A stretch of DNA of 64,000 nucleotides, taken from contig OY253681.1 of the NCBI GenBank assembly GCA_958009085.1, forward strand, positions 744,001 through 808,000, read 5' to 3'. Shown one piece after another: positions 49,296 through 60,975 of the stretch (the first letter of the stretch is position 1; the number at the start of each line of letters is the position of its first letter). Under the pieces are notes generated by a model. It did no database searches and was not told where the DNA came from. It saw nothing but the letters and a program-made list of their open reading frames with translations. A program made the position numbers and the translations under genes. The stretch comes from Protoeuglena noctilucae (taxonomy: Eukaryota).

Positions 49296-52200
49296 ATGGA
49301 CCTCAGCGGCGGCGGCTCCTCGACCGTCCTCGGCGGTGGCTTCCGGCACACGCGCACCGGGGTGTACCTGGTCGCGTACGGGGCTGCAGGTGGGCGCACG
49401 GTCACTTGCGCCGGTGCGCGCGCACTCTGCCGCCCGCGCGCCCGACTCGCAGCGCGATCCGCTTCCTCAGTGCTTTTCGCTCTCGACAACGTGTCCGGGA
49501 TCCTCCGCGCGCTCCGCGAGAACGCCCGCTGGTTCTACTTTTGGGGAGCGGTGGCGTTTTTCGTCTACGTTTACCTCGGGTGAGCATCTCCTGGACGCTT
49601 TGGGTTGGCTTGATAGAGGATGGAAGACTGTCTGCGATTGTTGCAAAGATACCTCTTTCTGAGGCCTCTCGGCGCATAGGCGTCGAGTGGTGTGGGGCGC
49701 AGCTGGCGTGCGGAGCATCGCCGGGCCTTGCCGCTGCGATCGCGGCCGATGGTCGTCGTTACCGAGCGTTATTGCTTCTATTCTCACCGCAGGACGGACA
49801 TCCGGCGCAGGCTGGGGTCCGCCAAGAAGGGCCAGCTCAATTACACGACTCTCTACATTGCGTGGCTGCTGGCAGCTGTGCTTTACCATGTCCCGGCCTT
49901 GTCTGCACTCGGCATCGACACGCGGGCCGACCTGTCCCTGTCACTCACCGGTGAGGGCGCGGGACGCATTGGGTGACGGACTGACTAACTGTGGAGGGAA
50001 GGGAGGGCGGTAATGCGACGAGCATCGCAGTGCAAACGAGGGGACTCTTGGCATGTGTGACCTGACTTGCACTGTCATTTCTTTCGACGACCCCAGTCTT
50101 CCCATTCATCTGTACTCCACCTATCCGATCCCTATCACTTGCGCCAGCCCCCAGCCCCTTCCTCTCACCCGCACCACCCCTCCCCTCTACCCCCACCCCC
50201 AGCCTTCAGCGCCATCCTCGTCATCCTCGTCGCCCTCCTCGCCCTCCACGAGGCGGGCGTCTGGGCAGGCCTCCTCCCCGCCCTCCACAAGTCCCTGCCC
50301 AGGGGCACCTCGGGGAAGACCCTCGCCACCGTCGTGCTCGTCAACAGCGGCGTGCTGGCGCTGGCGTGCTCCAGGCGAGGTTGCTGTGTGCGCATGCGCG
50401 ACTGTGAGGGATACAGTTACGTATTGTTACTGCATATATTTGGCAAGCACTGCTCGCATGTCGCTCCTGCCACTCTCCCCCCTCCCGCAGCTGCCCCATA
50501 CTTCACCCCTCACCCACCCACCCCCACCCCCGCAGCTACTACGGCTTCTGCGGCAACTCCCCTCATCCCCCCTACTCGAGCATCACGGGGTTCAGCCTCC
50601 GCACCCACGCCAAACGCGCATTGTGCCAGGCCCTGCCAGCCACTTTGGGTGCGCCAGACACCTACCCCACGTATCGATCCCTGCTGTTCTACACGCAAGC
50701 GCACCCGGAAGCTGTGAAGGGGGGGGAGGGCGAGGGGGAGCGGGTCGTGGGAGGGGTGGTACTAGATGGGGCGGTGGGCGGGGCGGCTGAGAGGGCGGCG
50801 ACTGGTAGGGTGATTGGCGGGGTATCTGAGGAGGCCACTGGTGCGACTAGCAACCCCCCTGCCACCCACCACCATGCTACCACCCCTACTACTCACGCCA
50901 CCACCCCTACCACCCACGCCACCCCCACGACCCCAAACAGCCCCGCCCCTCCCCCCGCGTCCTTCTCTCCCGTTCTCGTGTTGGGTATGACCCTTGTCGC
51001 CATGGCGGCTGCCAATCACCTGTCCCATGCGGCAGTGGCTGCGGTGCAAGCGGAGGCGGCGAATGAGGCGGCGGCAGTGGAGATCACGGCTGCGCTGGGG
51101 AAGCACGCCCGGTGAGAGATGAATGGGGGTGGGTGGCGATGATTGGGGGGCAGGGTGTATGTGCACCATGCCTATCGCTCCTTCCTCCACATATTCCCCT
51201 ATCATTGCCCCGCTCCCCTCCCTTCCCCTTCCCCGCAGAACCTTCAGCGTCCAGGCTCTGCCTTCTCAACTGCGCCGCCAGCGAAGCACGAGGGGCGCGG
51301 GCGGCGTTTCTGGCACGTCGACCGTGCCAGGATCGTCGTTTGAAACGGCGGGGCAGGGGCAGAGGGGAGTCAGGGGTGCCAGCCCACCTCCGCCGCTTGT
51401 GCGGGGGGCAGGGGTGGGAGAGAGGGCGAGGGGTGCGGGGATGGGGGGTGCGGGGGTGGGGGTGGGGGTGGAGGAGGGGCATCGGGCGCGGATGGTGTCT
51501 GCGATGGCGGCGGGGGGATGGGACTGGGAGAGGTCGGCGCTGAGGTGAGAGAGGGGAGATGGGTATAGTGAGAGGGGTGAGGGCAGAGTGTTATGAGAGT
51601 GTAGGGGTGGGTGGGAGTTGGGATGAGGCGTTGGGTCGGGTGACAGTGAAGTCGTGACAGGGGTGGAGTAGATGTACGATGTCAATTATCTCCATTCCCT
51701 ATTACCTCCATCCAACGCAGCCCCTGGGACGACCCCCCCACCATGCGCCGCATCCACACCGCGCTGCCCGGTCCCTTGGGCGGTGTGTGGGCAGAGAGCC
51801 CCGATGCCAGTCACTTCGGGGCGTTCACGAGATTCCAGGCATTCAGCGAGGAGGACTCGCGGCCGGGGTCGCCGGGGTCGGCGCTGGGATTCGAACACGC
51901 GACCCCCCGGGTCACGGCGAAGGAGGGGGCGGGGGAAGACCACCTGAGGTGAGGGGGGTGGGGGGGTGGCAGGGGGGTGTCGGGGTGGCAGTTGCATCAA
52001 CATCCCTCCCTCATCACCAATCCTGTCATGTTCACTCACGTCTCCCCTCCCCTCTCAGGGTCAGCCTGGCCGAGCACCTGCGCCAGGCGTGGGGGAGCAC
52101 CATCGGGGACCTGGGGCAGACAAGGCAGGGGCACCAGGCGAGTGGGTTGAGGAATGCTGAGGATTGTAGGATCTGCAGATGCACAGTCCATCGCAACAAT

Positions 52201-55200
52201 AGCACTGTTGCAACGCACAGCCCACCCCACACTCTCACCCAACGACCACTCCCCGACCCACACCCACCCCACTCCCCCACCCACACCCACACCCCCTCTC
52301 CCCCCCTCGCAGCCCCATCCCCACGATCACAAGGGCATACCCGTTACATCGAATACCGTAACGACCACTGACCCCCGCGTTTCTGGCAACGGGGCCCCGA
52401 CGGACGACGGGGACGGCGCGACCACCGCCGTTCTGGCAACGTCGGGACTGACAGCGTCGTCAGAAACGAGCCACGCGCCATCGGTGGCGAATGCGAGGGG
52501 TGGCGGTGGGGGTGGGGGTGGGGGGCAAAGGCAGGGGCGGCGGGGGCGGCGGCGGGGGGGTGGGGCAGGAGAGGGGGCGGGGGTTGGCGGGGAGGGCGGG
52601 GGTGGCGAGGGGGATGGGTCGGGTGAGCTGGGCTGCGATGGGATGATGGGTGGTGATAAGTGTGTTGATGGTAAGTGACGAAGAGTAATGAGTGATAGTC
52701 GTTGATAGGTGGCATTGGTGCTCTTTGATCCCCATCGCATATTCTGTTTCTCCGTAGCCATGTTACATGGATCATATCAAACTCTACCCCCCCTCATATC
52801 TCCCTCATCTGTCCCTATCACCCCCAGGCCAGGAGGCGGACGCCGAGGACCTGGCCCCCACCTCCCACGCATCGCCCGGCATTGGCAGTGTTACTTATAC
52901 TAATAATAACAGTAACAGTAACACCACGGCATCGATGAACGCAAACACGTCATCGGTGAATACAAATACAATTACAAATACAATTAACAAGAACCGGGTG
53001 TTTTTATCGAGGGCGCCATCGATGGGGATCTGGGGAAAGCGGAGGAGGGGAGGGGGCGTAGTAAAGGGGTGCCGAGGAGGGTGGGGAGAGTGAGGGGGAG
53101 CAGTGGGGCGGAGGGGGGAGAGGGAGNNNNNNNNNNNNNNNNNNNNNNNNNNNNNNNNNNNNNNNNNNNNNNNNNNNNNNNNNNNNNNNNNNNNNNNNNN
53201 NNNNNNNNNNNNNNNNNNNNNNNNNNNNNNNNNNNNNNNNNNNNNNNNNNNNNNNNNNNNNNNNNNNNNNNNNNNNNNNNNNNNNNNNNNNNNNNNNNNN
53301 NNNNNNNNNNNNNNNNNNNNNNNNNNCTCAATATTTATACTAAATACTTTTCATACTAATTATCACCATTACTGTTCCCGCTGCCCGCAGTCCCCCGGCC
53401 AGCGCGCGCAGGAGCGTGACGAGTGCTGTCACGTGCCTCGCCACGGCGACGGGACTCTCTACGAGCATCTCGCCGACAGAGATTCCCTGTGGCTCGACTT
53501 CGCGGCTGACACGGGGGACGGGGGGGATGCCACATACACGGTGGCGAGGTGCCTTGCACAGAGGGCACTGCAGGTGAGGCAGTGTGGCGGTCACTGAGGG
53601 TGATATTACTGTCATCGGTAGTTTCAAAGCTGTTACATGTACTGCCATGGTCGTTGCCACCCCCACTGCCACCCTTACAACCACCCCCACTGCCAACCCC
53701 ACTGCCACCCCTTCCCCAACACAGTCATCATCACAATGCCTCATCCCTTTCAACTCCCATCTCTCTCCCCTCCTCAGGTCTCCGACCCCAATCGCCTCGT
53801 CACTTAAACTACCACCCCTATTCAATCAAACAACATATTGACATGGTTATCATCTTCATTCCTCACTTCCCATATCTCTCTCCCCTTCTCAGGTCTCCGA
53901 TCCCAATCGCCTCCTCACCCCCCACCTTAATATAGTCAAATAAGATAATTACAGTAGTAATTATACCATTTTACATTTCCCCTTCCAGGTCTCTGACCCC
54001 AATCGCCTGGTCACCCCCCACCCCGCCGGCGCCACCCCCGCCACCTCCCGCCACGCCCCCGGTCATCTGGCATCCGATGAGAACGCAGACGCAAGAATAT
54101 ACGAATCCCTCGATTCCGCGACCGATGATTCGATCGATGGAGACATGCACACATCGAGGGGGGGGGGTGGTAACATGGGTGGTGGTATTGGTGGTAACAC
54201 TATGGGTGCCAATACTACTACTACTAATACCATCAATGGTGGCTCGACTATGGGTGATGGTAACGGTATCACTGGTGGCAATCGGGGGCCCTGGACGCCG
54301 TCGCGGGCGCTAAGGAGGCTGTTTGTGGGGGCGAGGGGGGGGCAACAACAGCAAGGGGGGGGGTGGGGAAGGTGAGAGGGGCGGGTGTGGGGTGGGGGGT
54401 GAAATGAGGAATGTTGGAAAGTGATGGGGTTTGTATGAGCAGTGAGACGTTGCGTACTGTATTTAGCGAATCATCTAATTTTACTACTTTACTTCTTTAC
54501 TATCTTAATATCCTCTCACATTTCGCAGTCCCACGTGTGGGAGAGCACCCGGGGCGTTCTGTTGGATGGCGCTCAGCGCATCCGACGCCTGGCGCGGCAC
54601 CTGGGGAAACGTGCTATGCACCGAAACGCGCCCCCCGCTTTCGTGCTGCCGAGGGCGGACGTGCTCGTGCTGGGGGGGGACCTGGCGTACCCCAACCCGT
54701 CCGAGGCGAGTGATGGGGGGTGGGGTGTTGTACTGTAATGCAATGGTTATACTATACAGGTAATCAAGAGTACATATGCGTAAAAATGTTACACTGAAGT
54801 ATAAATTGAAAAATATTTATTTATTATTTTATTGTAACTGCCACTAACTCACCCTGTATATCTCCTAACCCACCCCCGCAGTTCACGTACGAGCACCGTC
54901 TGTTTGGCCCCTTCCAGGACGCCCTCCCTCCCCCGCCCCACTACCACCCCTCGCGGCTGGTGGTGCAGAAGCCAGACCTGGCCGATACGGCCCAACCACC
55001 CGCATATGTACCTGCAACTGCAAATGCATTCACAACATCAGCACCCGCACCCGCACCTGCATTTACCACCGCACCCGCGCCTGCCATGCACCCCAGCCAA
55101 TCAGTGGCAGTGGGTGGTGGCGATGCGATGCCATCTCAATCCCAGCAGCAGCAGCGGGGGCGATCTGCGGTGGAGGCGAATCACGAGTCATCAGTGAGGG

Positions 55201-58200
55201 AGGTGAGCGATGGGGTGTGTGGGTTGGTGTGCGGGGGGGTGTGGGGTGTGTTGGTGGGTGTGGTCACAACCATAATGACTACGGATTATAACTGTCTATC
55301 AAAACTGTATACTTGATTTCGCAATTATCACCCCACCCACCCCTCGTCTCCTACCCCCACCCCCACGCACCCAGGACCCCCCCGCCCCCGGCGCCCGCCG
55401 CCAGCTCTGGGACTCTGCCAAAAACGCAGATTACAACGCTGTCAGAAACGCAGCGACGCCGCCCCTTGCGCCCCGCCACGCTAACGGCCGCCAAAGCACC
55501 GACGGTGATAGCGGGGGGCGATCGATGCGCAAGGAGGGGCAGCGGGCGGGGAGTGGGGTGGATGTGAATGGGCAGGGAGAGGGGGAGAGGGGGGAGAGGA
55601 AGGTGGATGGGGTGGATGGGGCGGTAGGTGTGGTGGGAGATGGGGTGGGTGTGGGTGGGGCGGTGCGGAGTGCCCCGGGTCCCGATGTGAAAGGCAATGG
55701 TGGTGGGGTGGAAGCAAGTGGGGGAGAGAGGAATGGGGAGAGGGATGGGGAGGGCGATGAGGGGTTGCGGTGAGTGGGAGTGGTGGCAGTGATAAGGAGC
55801 TGCAGTGTTGCGATGGAAATGTGGTCGCAGTTTGTTGCCATTGCTAAGAAATGCAAAATGACGATCCTCACCACTCCCCCCCCCCCCCACCTCTCACTGC
55901 CATACTCACCCTCACCCCACCCCACCCTCACCCCACCCCCCCAGTCAGCTCCGCGACTACCCCGGCCCCCAATGCTTCGCCATCCCCGGCAACCACGACT
56001 GGATCGATGGACTGGACACCTTTCAGAGGCATTTCCAGCATAAGGGGTGGCTGGGGGGGTGGCTGCTTCCCCAGAGCAACTCCTACTTTGCGCTGCGGCT
56101 GCCCCACGGCTGGTGGCTGCTGGCGCTGGACCTGGTGCTGGTGGGCGACATCGGTGAGTGTTAATTACAAGAAATGGTATTGTTAGCTTTCATCGATGTG
56201 TCCTTGTTTAATCAAAATATATATAATGCAATTATTGCAATAATAATAGTATTTATAGTAGAACTGATTAGTATTGCTCATCATATCCTTTCCAATATTA
56301 ACACCCTCCCCCACCGCAGACATGCTGCAGTACCAGTACTTTGCGTCCCTGGCAGAGCACCGCATGTCCCCCACCGACCGCGCCGTCATCGTCACCCACG
56401 AGCCCATGTGGCTCATCAACTGGTGAGGGATGCGTGATGTGTGATAATACGTATTGATTAGTCGATATTCAATGGATGGGAGAGCGTAGTTCACTCCATC
56501 CTCACCAACACCCACCCTTGTCACTCCCTCAAACTGTCACCCCCGCTATTCAAATATCTATACTTGTTATTCAAATTCCCACCCCACCCATCTCTTCCCA
56601 GGTTCTGGGGCTCCCGCCACTCCGCCCCCAACCTGCGCCAGTTGGTGCGGGGTCCGTTGCGCGGCAGAGTGGCGATGCACCTGGCAGGAGACATCCATTT
56701 CTACATGCGACACTCGCTATCACCCCCCGAAGCTGCGAGAGCGGCTGCGAGGGGGGCGGGGGTGGCGGGTGGGGGTGCGGGGGCGGGGGCGGGGGTGGGT
56801 GCAGGGTTGTTTCCTACACTGGCGCAGGGAGTGGGGAGGAGCGAGGTGAGGATATGAGATGGGGGTGTGGTGAGGGAGGGTGTTTGAATGGTGGGGCGGG
56901 GGTGGGTGCAGGGTTGTTTCCTACACTGGCGCAGGGAGTGGGGAGGAGCGAGGTGAGGATATGAGATGGGGGTGTGGTGAGGGAGGGTGTTTGAATGTAG
57001 GCGAGCGTGTGAGGTGGTTGGAGTGGTCGTGCGGTTGATGGTGGGTTGTGATGGGTGCGACCGTCGTTACCGCTGCCACCCCCACTGCCACCTTCACTGC
57101 CACCCTCATCACCACCCCCACTGCCACCTTCACTGCCACCCTCATCACCACCCCCACTGCTACCCTCATTACCACGCTCACCCCCACCCCCACTACCTCC
57201 CTCACTACCCCCACTCCCCCCACCCCCCCAGTCCCCCCTGTACCTGGGCCGCGAGTGGCAGCCGGGCGACCCCCTCCACCTCATTACGTCTGGCTCTGGC
57301 GGTGCGTTCCTGCACCCCACCCACCTCTTCCACAAGGCACGGTTCCCAGGGACCGTGGACCTCAGCGTCATGGGGGCCGTGAGGCAGAAGGTGAGAGTTG
57401 ATGTAGATGTGGATGTGGATGTGGGATGGGCTGATTGGAAGTATATATCTACTGTGCCGTTGTTTACAATTAACATGAGTAGCTTGTCTGCTTGAATTGC
57501 TTCTGTTCACCCACCCTCTCACCCCACGCACTAACCCCCACCCTCACTCACCTCTACCTCACCCACCACCCCCCCCCACTCACCCCCCCCAGGACTCCCG
57601 CCCCGCCCCCACCCACACCTCTGCCTCTGTTAATAACAATGTGGATTTCGTGGAGGTGGGGCAGGGCCAGGCGGAGGGCGTCTACACGATGCGGGCGTGC
57701 TTCCCGGACCCCGCCACATCGCAGAAGCTGGCCTGGATCAACCTGCTGCAGGTGAGGGGATGGATTTGAATGATGGGAGTTGCTGGAGTGGTGGACTTGA
57801 ATGCGATGCTGCCGGTGGCTACCCACTCACGCACTCACTCACTCATTCACTCAACCACACAACCAGATCGACGTCATGGGCGCAGCACTGTACTAAAACA
57901 GTAACTACTACACTAGTTAACACTTCAGTACTCACTCACTCACTCCCCCACCCCCCTTCAGCTCCGCACCCACAACCAGATCGACGTCATGGGCGCTGCC
58001 CTGTACTTCCTCCTGGTCGTCTCCGTGCTGCCCAGATGCGGCATGGCCAACGTGCTGCAGTCCCCGGGGCCCCTCGCCGCCGCCGGGGCGTTCCTGGCGC
58101 AGGTGGGGGAGGCCCTGCAGGACCTGTGTGCCAGAGGGGTGGTGTCGCTGGTGACGCTGGTGGTGCTGGCGGTGGGGATGGTGAAGTTCGCGCAGGGAGG

Positions 58201-59941
58201 GGGCGTGGGGGCGCTGTCGGCCCAGGCGGGGAGGCGTGTGCCCCACGCCACCCCACCGCTGCGACTGGGGGGGGCGGCGGCGGTGGTGGGAGTGGGGCTG
58301 CAGCACGCCGCCACGCATTTGGTCACTGCCGTCGTGCTGGCGTGTCTGCTGGAGCTGGGGATCGAGCTGTGGTGAGTGGCTGTGTGGAGAGTGAGAGGGT
58401 GTGATTGACTGGTAATTGACTGGTGAGGGAGTGTTTGGCAGTGTCACCACTGTGAAAGTCTGGTGCTTACCGCTCGCACACCCGGCCCACACCCTCGTTT
58501 GCACACATTCCCCACCCTCGCCCCAGTCAACCCCCCCGCACACCTCTCATCTCCTCAACTACCCCTTCATCCCACCTCACCCCACTCACCCCCACCAGCC
58601 CCTCCCCTCTCCCCCCCCCAGCATCCGCTACGAGGGCCTGGGCGCCGACGGCTACCACAGCCTCTTCAAGTGGTACCAGAGATTCGAGTCGGAGAGATTC
58701 TCCGACCCCTACGGCGTCCGAGCGATGCTCTCCAAGGCATCCCTGGGGCTCTACCCGGCCGCGCTGCAGTGGACGATGGCCGTGTTCGACGTGCCAGAAA
58801 CTGTCGCGGTCGCACGCGGGCACATCTGCACCGCGGGCGCCGCCTCGGTGTCGCGGATGGAGTTACTGGGATTCTACGGCGGGTCCCTCGCCTACCTGTG
58901 GCTGCTGGCGGTGCCCGCGGGGTCGTTTGTGCTGGGGGTGTACCTGTGGCTGACGGTGGGGTTCTTGGGTGTTCACTACGACGAGGGTTTCTCCAGTTTG
59001 CGCATTCGGGACTTCAAGGGGTTCCTGAGGCTGCACATCAGCGAGGAGGGGGAGATGGATGTGAGGGGGGGGTGTGTTATTGTGTGTGTTGTGTTGGGGG
59101 GTGGGGTAAGGTGGGTGTAGGGTGCTGTGAGAAGGGTGGGGTGAGGTGACGAGAGAGGGAGGTGAGGTGTTGATAGCAGTTGTCGTCTCGAGCAGTCTCA
59201 CTGTTATCACCCTCACATCACATCACCAATCGTCATCCATTCCCTCTCACTCCTCCGTCCCACCATCTCAGGTGTTCAGCCTGGGCGTCTGGCGCGTCCC
59301 CACCAAGTGACATCAGTCTCATCTATCCATCTATACCCACATCTACATCTTTCAAAGAAACACTCACTCCCTCGCTCATCTCAGGTGTTCGGCCTGGGCG
59401 TGCGTCCCACCAAATGACATCTCTCACAACACTCACTCCCTCGCTCTTCCCAGGTGTTCAGCCTGGGCGTCAGGCGCGTCCCCACCAAGTGGCGGGAGGA
59501 CCCCCGGTGGGCGGGGGACCGGGGGGCGGGGCACCCCTCTGCCTGGGGTGGGGGAGGGAACACCGTGGCGTCGCATGAAGCGGCGCACCCCAGCAGGTGA
59601 GAGAGAACGTGATGGGATGGGATTGGATGGGTTGGCATTGTGCTAAGCCATACACTCACCTTATACGGGAACGTGCTTTGGCAGCGCTGAGCTGCGTGGT
59701 GAAAGGCGCCGAAGGTGGCGTCGTGTCAAATAGCGCATTCCACTCAACCCATACCGACCATCCACCTCTCTCCCTATCTCTTTCTCTCTATCCGTGCACA
59801 CGCAGGTGGGTGCCCGTTCGCGGCGTCAGTCGCATGGCGCAGCTGCGGGGGAAGCGCAGGGGGCGGCTGGAGGTGGACCCGATCCAAGTGGAGGTGGTGG
59901 ACTACTTCAAGGTGCCCAAGGGAGCACTGCCACTGGAGTGA
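49296..59941 (+). CDS. Multi-pass membrane calcineurin-like metallophosphoesterase (plant At4g11800/At4g23000-like)
   Basis: N-terminal TMs (LNYTTLYIAWLLAAVLYHVPAL), LWLDFAADTGDGGDATYTVAR, LVLGGDLAYPNPSE|FTYEHRLF, CFAIPGNHDWIDGL, VIVTHEP, LAGDIHFYMRH, SGSGGAFLHPTH and HYDEGFSSLRIRDFKGFLRLHI. The gene spans the second N gap. Confidence 0.88.
53127..53326. other. Assembly gap (200 N)
   Basis: Run of exactly 200 N inside the phosphoesterase gene. Confidence 0.99.
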
Positions 59942-60185
59942 GGCGGTGTGGTGGTGGGGATGGATGGGGCGAGATGGTGCAGCGGGTGGGGAAGGGGTTG
60001 AGATGGCTGGAGTGGAAAGGGTCGGGGAGCTGGATGGGAGGAAGTGGCTGTACATGTAGTGCCCTGCTGGCGTTGTGCGGCAAAGCTTGCCTGGTGTGTG
60101 TTCGTGGATTGAAGAGTGAGATAGGCCATCCATGATCAGAAAGTGCCGTCGGCAGTGCCTGCTGTTGTGGATGTCTGGTAGAGCA

Positions 60186-60495
60186 AAGGCAAACGGTCGC
60201 CTGGCTGTGGATAACAAAAGCGCTCCTTCTCACAGCCATAGGGACCCGTTGAACCGCACCGCGGCCCGCATCGCAACGCCACCAACCATCGACAAGAGCC
60301 ACCGAGCATCCGCAACCGCACCACCCTCACACGCACGCGCGCACGCACACACGTTCCATGTGCCGTGACGTGCCCTCTCAAGCGCAAAGCACGCGCGCCC
60401 GGCGTCATCCCTCTCCGCGCAAGACAAACCCCCGCTCATCCGCGCCACCCGCGCAGCGCAGCGCTGCGTCAGTGGCGCGAGAGAGAGCGCTCCCT
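60186..60495. repeat. Diverged direct repeat, copy 1 (SUMO 3' end/UTR relic)
   Basis: Collinear with 62967-63266, e.g. CTCCTTCTCACAGCCATAGGG, GTTGAACCGCACCGCGG and GCGCAAAGCACGCGCGCCCGGCGTCATCCCTCTCCGCGCA. Confidence 0.9.
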
Positions 60496-60975
60496 CAGAC
60501 ACAGCATTGCTGGCAGGTAGGTCAGTGGATTTAAGGCTTGGAGCACTTCAACGGACCTACAGTGGTGTCCAGCAATCGCAAAGTAATCACTCGATCATCA
60601 CCAGTGCTGCACCTTTGACGGCGTGCGCTGATATCAACCGTGCTCCTCAAAGACCCCCCGAGGTGAGCTGCGGAGGATGATCGGGGAGGTTTGCCAGTCA
60701 CACCGGGTCGCATCTGACGGCATAGTGCGGCAAAAGCGAACGAGCGGGCTCCGGAAGGGCCGGGGGCGACGTCGCGGGAGAGCACGATGGGCGGAAAGCA
60801 TCAGACCGCGCCCGGAGACCTCCGGGAGGATGTGTGCGCCTTAAAACATGTCCCAGGTGTCGATGTCACTCAAATTCCTTGCACTCCGCCGTGCCTCGCC
60901 CCCGCAGCGCGACGCAGGCGTCCGCAGAGTGTGCACAACTATACATTTTGGCCGCGCCCGGCGCGGGGCGGCGCA

